Source of the DNA: a virus
Lineage: Duplodnaviria > Caudoviricetes
Strand: one strand, 5' to 3'
Virus record (IMG/VR): IMGVR_UViG_3300028832_000102
Span: 64,015 to 128,014 of that record
DNA length: 64,000 nucleotides
Each line of letters begins with the position of its first letter. Position 1 is the stretch's first letter. A program made the translations under genes and the position numbers. The notes beneath the pieces are model-generated. The model did not search any database and was not told the DNA's origin. It saw only the letters and a list, made by a program, of their open reading frames with translations. Below, one piece after another: positions 21,887 to 31,852 of the stretch.

Positions 21887-23161
21887 ATGGCTTACGCACT
21901 TAGTATTACTGACATTCAAACTGTCAAACAGCAAATCGAGCCTGAGTTGGTGGCCAAGGCTTACCTGCTCGATGACGCTATGTTCGGAGACCTTGGTATT
22001 AAGGTGACAACAGACGTTGAGAATATCGACGTATGCTACATCTTCAACCGTAAGGGTCTTGTAGCACGCCCCTACACAGTAGGTAACGTGAAGAGCAAAC
22101 AGATTGCCAAGATCGTGGACAATCCCGCAAAGGTTGAGGACTACTACGTGAAGACGGAAGATAGTATCAACCGCTATCGCGAGAAGGGCCCATTCAACGC
22201 CGTTGACGGCTCTGGTGAGTCTGAGATGACTCAGAAGAACCTGAACGAGATTGCAGGCCGCGCTGGTGAGGACGTTCGTTTCAACGTTTTCTTCGGAAAC
22301 AAGGCTAACCGCTCTCTCGAGGAAACTCCTGAAAACGAGGTTAAGTTGGGTACTGCTTTGTTTGACGGTGTTTACACCATCATCGCCAAGAAGCGTACCG
22401 ACGGTACTATCTCTACACAGAACAAGAACCTGATTATCACTGGCGATATTGCCGGTAAGACTCCTCAGCAGGTCTATGAGATCCTGACAACCTTCTACGG
22501 TGGCTTGCACCCCGCTATGAAGAAGCCCGAGCAGGAAATCTACATCCTGGCTTCTGACGAGTTCTGCCGCAAGGCTGTGAAGGGTTACATGCTGACTTTC
22601 CCACAGATTGCACCTCAGGTGCTACAGGCAGGCTGGAAGTTTGCGGAGATGCCTAACGTGCTGCTGAAGACTTCTTCGGCTATGGGTCAGGGCGGACAGC
22701 TCGTTGCCAGCGTTAAGGATAACATCGAGTTTATCTGCGACGTTCGCGAGGGTAAGTCTCAGATCCGTATCGGTCAGACCAACGAGGACCTCTCTATCCT
22801 GGGCTTCCAGATTAACGGTGCCGCTACCATGCGTATCCGTGACTACGACCCAATGGTATTCGCCTGCAACGACGCAGTGAACACCATCGACGCTACTCCA
22901 GGTTCATACACCTCTGACATCTTCACCGCTACCAGCAGCGATGCAGCAGAGGGCAGTGTGACCATCATCAGTGGTCAGAAGGATTTGTACCAGGACGGCG
23001 ACATTATCACCATCAAGGCAGAGCCTGAGGATGGCTATAAGTTCGTTGGCTGGAGCAACAAGGCGACTGCTAACCCACTGAACTACACATTCGGCGGCGG
23101 CGTTGTCAACCTGAAGGCAATGTTCGAGGAGGAAGGTGGAGATTCTTCTTCATCTGAATAG
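21887..23161 (+). CDS. Major capsid protein with C-terminal InlB-B-repeat/Ig-like domain
   Basis: Follows protease-scaffold; strongly biased codons; LFDG motif; C-terminal GSVTI..Y..GD.ITIKAEPEDGYKFVGWS..NP..YT..LKAMFE. Confidence 0.75.
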   Translation: MAYALSITDIQTVKQQIEPELVAKAYLLDDAMFGDLGIKVTTDVENIDVCYIFNRKGLVARPYTVGNVKSKQIAKIVDNPAKVEDYYVKTEDSINRYREKGPFNAVDGSGESEMTQKNLNEIAGRAGEDVRFNVFFGNKANRSLEETPENEVKLGTALFDGVYTIIAKKRTDGTISTQNKNLIITGDIAGKTPQQVYEILTTFYGGLHPAMKKPEQEIYILASDEFCRKAVKGYMLTFPQIAPQVLQAGWKFAEMPNVLLKTSSAMGQGGQLVASVKDNIEFICDVREGKSQIRIGQTNEDLSILGFQINGAATMRIRDYDPMVFACNDAVNTIDATPGSYTSDIFTATSSDAAEGSVTIISGQKDLYQDGDIITIKAEPEDGYKFVGWSNKATANPLNYTFGGGVVNLKAMFEEEGGDSSSSE

Positions 23162-23164
23162 CCC

Positions 23165-23223
23165 ATCGGAGGTGAGCGGGGTGAGTAGCGATAATCGCCA
23201 AAGCCCTGCCCTCTGATTTTTTT
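23165..23223 (+). terminator. Hairpin/terminator after capsid gene
   Basis: ATCGGAGG...CCTCTGAT stem followed by a T tract. Confidence 0.5.
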
Positions 23224-23262
23224 CATTGAAATTCACAACACAAACAAAAAAACTTTAATATT

Positions 23263-23865
23263 ATGGCTTGCATTCTGAAAAACGTAGTCGCATCTGCGGC
23301 TAATTGTAAGGAGAACCCCGCTGGTCTTAGCAACTACTGTATGGTTGTTCCCCTTGACACTGACCACATTTCCAGCATCGGCGTACACGATGGTAAAAAC
23401 CAGTATGTCATTACACCTGCAGGTGAAGGACAGGGACTTAAAGGTTTCCGTATTGACTTCAAGACGCAGACCGGACAGGTAACGTCTGAGGACAATGGTG
23501 CCGGTAAGGGCTGGACACATACAGGTACTGGTCGCGTGGAGAAGAACGAGGACGACATGGCATACGTAAGTCGTATTCTCAGCAACATGGACGGTAAGTA
23601 TCTCGTGTTCTTCCCAACGGGTAACATTACCTCTGACGGTATGGAGTGGAAGGTCGTTGGTAATCCAACAGGTGACACTGAGTTCTCGACTGCTGCAGAC
23701 AGTGGTGCTGCTCGCGGCGACGACCATGGCACTACCTTTACCGTAACCTGCTCATATCAGCTTTACGATGTTATGAAGTGGTTCGGAGCCATCGACAAGG
23801 ACGACGATCCTTCTTCTTCGGATCTGGCTGATGACACAAGTGATTCTATCACCATCACCGACTAA
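23263..23865 (+). CDS. Putative major tail (tube) or other abundant structural protein
   Basis: 200 aa, beta-rich, NCKENPAGL N-terminus, downstream of capsid; acidic Ser/Thr/Asp C-tail. Confidence 0.55.
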   Translation: MACILKNVVASAANCKENPAGLSNYCMVVPLDTDHISSIGVHDGKNQYVITPAGEGQGLKGFRIDFKTQTGQVTSEDNGAGKGWTHTGTGRVEKNEDDMAYVSRILSNMDGKYLVFFPTGNITSDGMEWKVVGNPTGDTEFSTAADSGAARGDDHGTTFTVTCSYQLYDVMKWFGAIDKDDDPSSSDLADDTSDSITITD

Positions 23866-23882
23866 CCAACTCTCTTGACAAT

Positions 23883-23915
23883 ACAAAGCCCAGACCTTAA
23901 AAGCCTGGGCTTTGT
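23883..23915 (+). terminator. Terminator hairpin
   Basis: ACAAAGCCCAG...CTGGGCTTTGT inverted repeat. Confidence 0.7.
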
Positions 23916-23952
23916 CGTTGAATCGAGGGTATCACTTAACGAACGGAATAAT

Positions 23953-24462
23953 ATGCTACTAATAGAGCCTTGTTGTACACCCAAGCACCTCCTTATGCTA
24001 AGAAGTAAGATGGGGGATAATGGCACTGCGTTCTGGCATGGGTACGGCGACTTGTCTATTGCAGAACTGCTACCTGCCATGCTGACACGCTATAGTGAAA
24101 CGGAATTGCTGTTTGCTGCACCAGCACTGCCTGATACTGCAACAGACGTGTTGCTAAGAATGATGGACAAGAGATGGTCTTCTATCAACGGCGATTCCAA
24201 GATAAATACTATTGGGCATCTTACGCTTATCACGGACATGAGACCGCAAAAATCGCCGGTTGCAAGCAGGCTGCTTACGGAAAACCCGTATGGAGAGCGG
24301 CTTACCATTCGCAATGTGCAGCAGAAGGATACTGTCATCATTCTGCCCGACATAGCCTTCTTTGGCAACATAAACCTGGCTTATGGCGGACATTTTACGG
24401 CGGTGGCTACCAAGAACAGCAGGTTGATAGAAGACATGAGACGTAATCTCTGCCGACTGTAA
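23953..24462 (+). CDS. Hypothetical protein
   Basis: ATG 23953 (MLLIEPCC) after the terminator is preferred over TTG 23875. Confidence 0.6.
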   Translation: MLLIEPCCTPKHLLMLRSKMGDNGTAFWHGYGDLSIAELLPAMLTRYSETELLFAAPALPDTATDVLLRMMDKRWSSINGDSKINTIGHLTLITDMRPQKSPVASRLLTENPYGERLTIRNVQQKDTVIILPDIAFFGNINLAYGGHFTAVATKNSRLIEDMRRNLCRL

Positions 24463-24465
24463 TGG

Positions 24466-24981
24466 TCATACAATCATCTGTAAGCCCATGAGGTTCTGTA
24501 TGCGTATGTCAATGGAGACACTACCTGCATCGCTATTGATGGTGCAAAGGTAGGTATCCTTTGTTGCTGACGCGAAGGCCCGCTGACCATCACGGAAATA
24601 GAGCAGCAGGTGATGTGGTCGCCTTTCCAAGGCAAGTTTACACGCCACCGTATCGCTCGCCGATAAGGGTTCCCATAATTCACCGCCACGAACGTCTATG
24701 CCACAGCTGGCGGTAACTGTATGCAGGCGTCCATAAGTGTTATCGGATGTTTCGTCTTTCACCTTACCCGATTTCCTGGTAATGGGAATGAGTATGCCGC
24801 CTGGTGTTGCTGCCTGCATACCAATGGTTATGGCATGGGTCAATACGGGGTCGAAGTATTCTTCAGGGATTGTTGGTGTCAACTGATTGACAGGCGAACT
24901 GACATCGCCTGATGGGATGTCTGCTACCGGGATGGCGACTATCGCCATCACATCATCAAGGGCGTACTCTTTACAATTCAT
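24466..24981 (-). CDS. Hypothetical protein, probably late/structural
   Basis: 171 aa; preceded by the TGCCCTTG-N20-TA motif on the minus strand. Confidence 0.65.
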   Translation of the reverse strand: MNCKEYALDDVMAIVAIPVADIPSGDVSSPVNQLTPTIPEEYFDPVLTHAITIGMQAATPGGILIPITRKSGKVKDETSDNTYGRLHTVTASCGIDVRGGELWEPLSASDTVACKLALERRPHHLLLYFRDGQRAFASATKDTYLCTINSDAGSVSIDIRIQNLMGLQMIV

Positions 24982-25005
24982 GTCTTTAACTGTTTATTTC
25001 TCACT

Positions 25006-25041
25006 ACAACTTAATGTTTTCAGAGGTTACAGTCAAGGGCA
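25006..25041 (-). promoter_or_regulatory. Putative late promoter (TGCCCTTG-N20-TAAGTTGT)
   Basis: CAAGGGCA at 25034-25041 with 20-nt spacer. Confidence 0.65.
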
Positions 25042-25114
25042 CGCCTTATTATATTAATAATAGGTATATAAGGAATGGATATGATTTTCATAGTGGTCAG
25101 GGTACTGCTACTCG

Positions 25115-25828
25115 TTATGGCTCAGACTCGGCAGCGAGGTCGAGAAAGTCTTCTCTGTTATTCCTCTCAAACATGTCAAACCTATTGGAGAGTGCTTGGT
25201 GCTTATCGTACAGGACTTTGTACTTGTCGGCAAGGGATGATACTAGTTGGGATAGGCTCTTCATATCCTCATGCAACGTTTTTATCTCCTCACGAAGCGA
25301 ATCAAAAGAGTTGTCTTCTGTGTTTTTCTTTGGGGCGGTATGCCTGGGGTCTGGGTTCGGGTCTATCAGAATTGTAAACGGGTCTATAGAGAATACATCG
25401 CAGACAACAAGGAAGCGTTCTACTGGTGTACGTGTTAATGCCAGGAGGGAGTCACGCAGGCGTGATGGTGCCATGCCTGCCGCCTCTGCAGCCTGTTTCC
25501 ATGTTGCGCTCGGCTGGGTGCTCACAATTTCCTGCAGGGCTTCTGCGTCGTAGCGACATGACTGGTAAGGCTCCGTGATATAGTCTGCTCGACGCCCGAT
25601 GTAGTCCATCCGGCCAAAGGAAAAGAAACGGCGTACGGGGATGTGTAAGCCATTGGCTATTGCAAGAAGTTGCTGAACAGTTATACCTTCTGGCTTTTGC
25701 ATGATAGCATACCATGTTGTCGTGGCTATAGATGCCGCTGCCATCATATCCGCTGCAGACATGATGATCACATTACCAAGACTGCTTATTAGTCTGATAT
25801 TAAGCCGAGGTCGTGAAGTGGTATTCAT
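25115..25828 (-). CDS. Repressor-like protein, two XRE-like HTH repeats + coiled coil
   Basis: ITVQQLLAIANGLHIPVRRFF and TPVERFLVVCDVFSIDPFTIL; divergent from the HTH/primase operon; start likely MNTTSRP. Confidence 0.6.
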   Translation of the reverse strand: MNTTSRPRLNIRLISSLGNVIIMSAADMMAAASIATTTWYAIMQKPEGITVQQLLAIANGLHIPVRRFFSFGRMDYIGRRADYITEPYQSCRYDAEALQEIVSTQPSATWKQAAEAAGMAPSRLRDSLLALTRTPVERFLVVCDVFSIDPFTILIDPNPDPRHTAPKKNTEDNSFDSLREEIKTLHEDMKSLSQLVSSLADKYKVLYDKHQALSNRFDMFERNNREDFLDLAAESEP

Positions 25829-25881
25829 AGTTTGCTTATTTAATAATATTAACATAAACCGAAATATTTTTCGGAAAACGT

Positions 25882-25949
25882 TTTGTGGATTTTCAAAATA
25901 GTTGTATCTTTGCAGCAAAGTTACAACTATTTTCTAAGAAAACCTAAAG
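25882..25949. promoter_or_regulatory. Overlapping oppositely oriented sigma70-type promoters on a 39-bp palindrome
   Basis: TATCTTTG on + and TAACTTTG on - strand within AAAATAGTTGTATCTTTGC-A-GCAAAGTTACAACTATTTT. Confidence 0.7.
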
Positions 25950-26002
25950 TTACTGGATTAAAAAGTCCAAAATAACGTTGCAATATTTATTACTAAACCG
26001 AA

Positions 26003-26323
26003 ATGAAGAATTATTTTAAGAACCTATTGCTCGCACTACTTGGTTCGAATCCTGTCAGTAAGGAAATCGAGCGTATAAAAAATGAATATGCCAGTATCAT
26101 GGGGCGTTTGAAACAAATGGAACAACGCGCTAATGATATCCAAACTAGGTTTGTATCTACTAAAAAACAGATTACAAACTATCAGAACCAGATAGAAAAT
26201 CTGCGGCAGAGAATCAAGGAAAAGGACGAACTGATAGCGAGAATCAAAAACGAATATCAGAAGCGGATATCTGAATACAATCTGATTATCGACAAACTTT
26301 GCAAGCCAACAGGCAAGGAATGA
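26003..26323 (+). CDS. Coiled-coil hypothetical protein
   Basis: 106 aa, heptad-rich. Confidence 0.65.
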   Translation: MKNYFKNLLLALLGSNPVSKEIERIKNEYASIMGRLKQMEQRANDIQTRFVSTKKQITNYQNQIENLRQRIKEKDELIARIKNEYQKRISEYNLIIDKLCKPTGKE

Positions 26324-26437
26324 CGTTTTCCGAAAACACCTGAATAACGGCAATGACAGCCACCTAAAAAACCAATAACAATATTTCAAGTCCGTTTCGG
26401 ACATGTATTGTCTTAATAACATAAAACAATAATCTAT

Positions 26438-26716
26438 ATGGATATAGGAAAAGCCATCAAGTTGCTAAGAAACAAACGCAGCATGACACAGGCGCAGCTC
26501 GCCGAAAGATGTTGCATGAGTTCTAGCGCTGTCTGCTACCTCGAGACAGGAAAATCATTTCCTCCGAAGGCTACTGTAGACCGTATATGCAGGGAACTGG
26601 AAATGCCGACGGCTTATTTACTGTTGGCCAGCATTGAAGAAGAGGATTTCCCAATGGAGAAACGACTTCTTTACCACTCGATGTTAGAACCTTTACGAGA
26701 CGCGCTGATTTTATGA
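26438..26716 (+). CDS. XRE-family HTH regulator
   Basis: IKLLRNKRSMTQAQLAERCCMSSSAVCYLETGKSFP. Confidence 0.9.
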   Translation: MDIGKAIKLLRNKRSMTQAQLAERCCMSSSAVCYLETGKSFPPKATVDRICRELEMPTAYLLLASIEEEDFPMEKRLLYHSMLEPLRDALIL

Positions 26717-29700
26717 ACAACGAAAACCTGAATATACTTAACGCAATACCCCTTGTTGACGTGATGCACGCATGGGGATATGTACCAAGACGAGAGTCGG
26801 ACTTGTCGGCCTCGTATCTTTGTCCATGGCACGATGACCACAGACCGTCGCTTGTGGTGGATAAGATTGTCAGGGATGGTGCTACAGATCTCGGCTTTAA
26901 GTGTTTCGCCTGCGGACAGGAGGGATTTGGTGCAATGAATCTTGCTGCACGTCTCCTTGGACTGCCAGCAGGAAAAATAGCAAAAGACAATCTTGAATAT
27001 GTAGCGAAGGAGCTCGCTGAACGCTGTGACATCGAAATGAAACACGAAGAGGGAGAAAAGAGGCATTTTGACCATCTTCGCGTATCGTTCATGGGACTGG
27101 ACGAATTTCGTAGTCAGGGGTATCAGGACTGGAGTGGGGAAGATCCGATTTTTGAGCGCGGGGAATGGACAGAAGAAGGACTGAAAGCACTTGGACTGAA
27201 AGTGGAACTCGCTACTAGAAAAGCCAAAAAGAAAGATATTTCCGGAGGGAATGGTGACGAGCACGCCCTGGCAGAGATAAGGGTGGGTGACATGATCACG
27301 CAGTTCAATCCTGATAACGGCGAACCTCTATACAGATGCTCGTTTGGAAAGGATTTCTACCGTGGACCGCAATATGCGGAGACCCGTACTATCAGAGAAT
27401 GGGGTGAAGAGATTGAGAGGGTGTTTGGTGTAGAGCCTATAAGCCGTTTTATTCAACTCGTAGAACCAAAGAACGGAGGATATGTGGCCAGGATATGTAA
27501 GGCAACGAACAATTATCCTATATTTATCTTCAAGTACCCATGGGGCATCAAGAAATATGAGCCGCGCGACGCCTACGGCAACAAGTGGACTTGGTGGTGT
27601 GTACAGGATGATGCTGACCTGTATCATCAATGGTACGCCGATGCTGCGCTGACCGATGTGTTATCGGGTGCCGTTCCCGAACAGGACGAACGTCACGGAT
27701 TTGAGGAAGTAAAGGACAAAGACGGGAAACCAACGGGAAAGATTAAATTCCACCGCGTGGTAATCTGTTCTGGGCCGAGGGATGCCATGGCTGTTTATAG
27801 TCATAGTAACGCCCATGTTATCTGGCTGCATTCAGAGCAAGCTGGTTTTGACAACAAGGGTGGAAACATGCGTCCCAACCGCTGGTTGCGTTCGCTTATA
27901 AAAAAACTGCTGAGCGTAACTGTGGAGGGCGGACTGTTCATCTGCTACGACGAGGACAGCACGGGGCTTTCATCAAGCCAGGCTATCGCACTTAACAACC
28001 CGCAGATAAGATGGCTGCGTCTGCCTAAAGAGCTAGGGCTTTTGTGCGACAAGAAGTCGGAACATTCAAAGACTTTAAAGGATGTGACTGATTTTATTTT
28101 GCACTTCAACGAGGTGGAGAGGAGAATGCCTGCCGAGATACAGCATGACGATCCTGTGGAATGGTTTGACAACGCTCTATTCGACACGCCTACATGTCAG
28201 TTCTGGCAGTGGGAGAGCGAGAGAAAGGAAAAGGACGGAACGGGACGAGCAAGGTACAAGTTCGACCTTCGCAATACGCCTGTATTCCTCCGTGCAAGAG
28301 GCATGATTCGCAGGGTGGTTCAACAAGGAAAAGATTCTTTTAGCAGGTATTTTCTGCTTGGAAACGACAATATATATACGGAGTGTTTTATGGGTTCCAA
28401 GACCGGTTGCAAACTGATTGCGCAAGCCCGTGACCTTATGGCTGAATGGCTGCGTGCGCATAAGGAACAGAACGACGAGAAGGGGGCTTTGAGCAGGGCT
28501 ATATATTCGGCTAAACTCGAACAGGGTGTTCTGGAGTCCATAGAACAGGTAGATATCGACGAAAAGAGTTTTGGAGAGGACTTTGATTTTTTCTTCTTCA
28601 AGAACTGCGCCGTCCGAGTAACGGCAGACGAGGTGAAGCTTGTTCCTTATTCTCAGATGAAGCAATGGACGAACCGAGATGCTATCATGGATGGGACATT
28701 TTCGTATCTTCACCAGGACTGGCACGTAGAGAAGAATCCTCTTTACGAGCATGAACAACAAAAACACGAGGAGGTTCTAAAGAATTGCACAACCAAAGAG
28801 GAGGTGGAACAGGAGAATATGCGATGGGACTCATGGACTACCGTATGGAAGTACCGCCTTGTGACAGACAAGCCTGTCTCCGAGATGCCCGTACATTTCC
28901 AGTTCTTGTATAACACTTCAAGAATCTTCTGGGAGAAGGAATTGGCAGGGCATCAAATCAGCGCAACAGAGAAACAGGTTCAAGACATGTACTTCATCGC
29001 CATGCTACATGCACTCGGCTCGGCTCTGGTTCGTCACAGATCTGCCAACCGACAGCAGTTCATCCACATCACCGACAATGGCACACGACGTGAGGATTTG
29101 GCCAGCGGAGGAACGGGTAAGACCGCTATACTGGAACTGCTCGGACTGATGCGCCGCGCCTTATGTATTGACGGAAAATCGTTAGAGGGAGGAAACATTG
29201 TGTTGGAGCAAGAACTCGGAAAGGTTGTTCCTGGAATCCACAACATTGTTTGCATCGACGAGCTGCCTGACAAGTTTTCACCGAAGAAGATGTATAACTA
29301 TCCTTTGTCTGTCACCTCAAGAGGACTCTATGAGGGTTCCATCAAACTAACGGGCGACGATGTGCCAAAATTCGTTGTGGCATCGAACGAACAGATAGAC
29401 ATATCTTCGGACTCTACTTCAAGACGAGACTACCAGGTGCTTGTCAGCGATTGGTATCACCCGCGATCAATAGACGGGTCGCGTCCTTCACATACACCTG
29501 CAGATGATTTCCGGAAGTACGGGGTAAAGGAGGTTGCCAGAAACCTGTCGGCGACACATCTTAACGAGGCGCGGAATCTTCTTATCGGATGTACGCAACT
29601 CTTCTTCCAGTTCCCTGACGAGACCATCCGTCCGCCAAAGGACAGCAGGGCATTGCTGCGTCAGGCACTCGCTTCTACAAAGGACGAGCAGTTCACCCGT

Positions 29701-30180
29701 TGGATTGCGGGCTACCTGTCCAAAACCGACAAGGACGGAAATGGCATACACATAGGTACACCTATCGCACAGCGCGAGTTGGCTATATCGCTGCTCGACT
29801 ACTGCGGAATCACTGTCGGAGAGAAGACTATCAAGTCTGCCTATAAGCGTATTCGTGACAACCTTTATGAATACATTCGCACAAGCGTTTATGTCGTTGA
29901 CCCTCCAGTGGTCCTACTGACAGCCACAGACAGAGAGAACGGATTCCGCCGTTGTGCGGCATGGCAGTACCCCGTCAATTCTGACGGCAGTATCAAGACC
30001 GACAAGAACGGAGAAAGACTGCCACGCGAGCTTGTCAAGAAGGCTCCTTACCCGAGAGTCTATTACTTCTACAAGAAAGGCGGTGTGCCTAAGCATCTCT
30101 ATGATGCTGCTCACGAGGGAGACAGCAAATATGTACAGGCAGCACCTGAGATTGACCCAGATGCAGAGGTAGAGGAATAA
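26713..30180 (+). CDS. DNA primase-helicase (CHC2 Zn finger + TOPRIM-like + P-loop)
   Basis: CPWHDDHRPS..FKCFACG; CSGPRDA and CYDED TOPRIM-like motifs; Walker A ASGGTGKT, Walker B VCIDE, VVASN. Confidence 0.85.
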   Translation: MNNENLNILNAIPLVDVMHAWGYVPRRESDLSASYLCPWHDDHRPSLVVDKIVRDGATDLGFKCFACGQEGFGAMNLAARLLGLPAGKIAKDNLEYVAKELAERCDIEMKHEEGEKRHFDHLRVSFMGLDEFRSQGYQDWSGEDPIFERGEWTEEGLKALGLKVELATRKAKKKDISGGNGDEHALAEIRVGDMITQFNPDNGEPLYRCSFGKDFYRGPQYAETRTIREWGEEIERVFGVEPISRFIQLVEPKNGGYVARICKATNNYPIFIFKYPWGIKKYEPRDAYGNKWTWWCVQDDADLYHQWYADAALTDVLSGAVPEQDERHGFEEVKDKDGKPTGKIKFHRVVICSGPRDAMAVYSHSNAHVIWLHSEQAGFDNKGGNMRPNRWLRSLIKKLLSVTVEGGLFICYDEDSTGLSSSQAIALNNPQIRWLRLPKELGLLCDKKSEHSKTLKDVTDFILHFNEVERRMPAEIQHDDPVEWFDNALFDTPTCQFWQWESERKEKDGTGRARYKFDLRNTPVFLRARGMIRRVVQQGKDSFSRYFLLGNDNIYTECFMGSKTGCKLIAQARDLMAEWLRAHKEQNDEKGALSRAIYSAKLEQGVLESIEQVDIDEKSFGEDFDFFFFKNCAVRVTADEVKLVPYSQMKQWTNRDAIMDGTFSYLHQDWHVEKNPLYEHEQQKHEEVLKNCTTKEEVEQENMRWDSWTTVWKYRLVTDKPVSEMPVHFQFLYNTSRIFWEKELAGHQISATEKQVQDMYFIAMLHALGSALVRHRSANRQQFIHITDNGTRREDLASGGTGKTAILELLGLMRRALCIDGKSLEGGNIVLEQELGKVVPGIHNIVCIDELPDKFSPKKMYNYPLSVTSRGLYEGSIKLTGDDVPKFVVASNEQIDISSDSTSRRDYQVLVSDWYHPRSIDGSRPSHTPADDFRKYGVKEVARNLSATHLNEARNLLIGCTQLFFQFPDETIRPPKDSRALLRQALASTKDEQFTRWIAGYLSKTDKDGNGIHIGTPIAQRELAISLLDYCGITVGEKTIKSAYKRIRDNLYEYIRTSVYVVDPPVVLLTATDRENGFRRCAAWQYPVNSDGSIKTDKNGERLPRELVKKAPYPRVYYFYKKGGVPKHLYDAAHEGDSKYVQAAPEIDPDAEVEE

Positions 30181-30197
30181 AAAACAACACAAAAAAT

Positions 30198-30608
30198 ATG
30201 GCAACAAAGAACAGTATCACCATCATACGGAAGTCCTGTATCACGGGGAAGGCAGTATGGATCTACATCGGTCCGTCGGTCGAAGCGGCGAAACGAGCAT
30301 ACTATAGAGCTTGTCAGCATGAGATAGAACGTGTACGCCGGCTGAGCAGTGTCATGGCGCAGCGCAAGGCTAATATCGTCAGTCTTCTAAACAAGTGTAT
30401 GGAAAGTACGCCTTTCACCGGACGGCTGCAGCGAAACAAGAAGAAAGCTGCACGCGAACTGCTCGGACTTACTGAGGACTCTACCATGTGCGATCTCGAG
30501 TTCTATAACCACATCATGGAAGAACGCAGACGACGTGCGGCTGACATGAAAATAAGAACAGAAATGCGAGAACGCGGAATTGAACATAATAGTAATTATG
30601 ATAAATAG
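30198..30608 (+). CDS. Hypothetical basic protein
   Basis: 136-aa ORF co-oriented in the operon. Confidence 0.6.
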   Translation: MATKNSITIIRKSCITGKAVWIYIGPSVEAAKRAYYRACQHEIERVRRLSSVMAQRKANIVSLLNKCMESTPFTGRLQRNKKKAARELLGLTEDSTMCDLEFYNHIMEERRRRAADMKIRTEMRERGIEHNSNYDK

Positions 30609-30619
30609 ACAATAATACA

Positions 30620-31672
30620 ATGCCACTACCCGAACGTAAAAACGCAATATCACCAAAGAAGCTCCCCGATCTGCCAAAGAGTTGGAGTGAGTTATCATGG
30701 CAGCAGCTTTGCGACTGCTGGCGCACAAAGATACGCTATGGTGGTAACGCGGATGTTGCAAGAGTGGCTGCGCTCCTGAGTCTGCTCGGTCTTACCGGAC
30801 AACCTCATACTGTTTTCCATACATATACCGGCGAGACTCTTTACAGACTACGTGACACGGATGGCTGTATATGGACAGCAACAGCACGGGAGGTGGCTCA
30901 AATATCCAAGCAGGCACTGGCATGGTTTGACTATCCTTATGGCGATCCTGGGGAAAAAGAACAGACGGACGACAAAGGAAAGATCATCAAGGAAGGAAGA
31001 GAGCCTGTCATGGGATATGTTGGACCTATGCACGACGCACTGGAGCTGCCTATCGAACATATTAGTTTAAAGGCTCCATTCTTCAGGAACCGCGATTTCG
31101 CATTGCCACAGATTGCATGCAACAACCTCACATGGCAGCAATATCGTATCCTGCAGAATATCAGTCCGCAGTTGTTTAGCGGCACTACGGACGACGCAAC
31201 CGCCGTGGGTCTTCAGGCCAAGTTCCTGGCAAACTGTCTGGTGCCAAGGTCCTTTTCCTTCCTTGATATTTCTGGCGGCGGAGTGAGAATAAGGCCACAT
31301 TACGAGTACCGATATGATGCAGCTCAGGCTGATGGGCTCGAAAAATGGTTCGTCAAAAGAATGACCGAGAAGCAAACGAGTCAGCTACTCACGATAGTTT
31401 TTCACGTCTGCTTTCAGACTTACCAAACAGCGCTTGCATATTATGCAGCCGTTTACCCTCTTCTTTTTAGCGGAGAGAATAGAAACGAGGGCGTGCGCGA
31501 CGCTTTACAGGGTGAAGTTGGGACTATCAATACGATTATGAAATATGCGGGTTACACCGAACAGCAGCAGGTGTACGACAGTAATGTACCGTTCGTCTTG
31601 GATATTCTTAACTCTATGTCTAAGGAGGCCAAAGAGATAGAAAAAATGAATGCGAAAGTGAAGAGAAAATAA
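30620..31672 (+). CDS. Hypothetical phage protein
   Basis: 350 aa; LPKSWSELSWQQ N-terminus and a related NLTWQQY internal repeat. Confidence 0.65.
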   Translation: MPLPERKNAISPKKLPDLPKSWSELSWQQLCDCWRTKIRYGGNADVARVAALLSLLGLTGQPHTVFHTYTGETLYRLRDTDGCIWTATAREVAQISKQALAWFDYPYGDPGEKEQTDDKGKIIKEGREPVMGYVGPMHDALELPIEHISLKAPFFRNRDFALPQIACNNLTWQQYRILQNISPQLFSGTTDDATAVGLQAKFLANCLVPRSFSFLDISGGGVRIRPHYEYRYDAAQADGLEKWFVKRMTEKQTSQLLTIVFHVCFQTYQTALAYYAAVYPLLFSGENRNEGVRDALQGEVGTINTIMKYAGYTEQQQVYDSNVPFVLDILNSMSKEAKEIEKMNAKVKRK

Positions 31673-31852
31673 AGAAAATAGTTTTTATGATTACAAAGAA
31701 ATACCTATCGGGCGTGGTGGTTATCGGACGAGGCCTTATCGCCAACCATCTATGGAATGAAGGAATGATGATTAAAAGAGACCACACGCCAGTAGGCGAC
31801 ACCAGAGACTCTGGTGTGGGCACATTTAGCAAATAACATAAAAGGAAGAAGC

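Noticed and set aside
23815-23865. Host O-glycosylation sequon (D-S-I) in the tail protein as evidence of host glycosylation
   Set aside because: The Bacteroidota general O-glycosylation system acts on exported proteins; virion proteins assemble in the cytoplasm and the 3-residue motif is common by chance.
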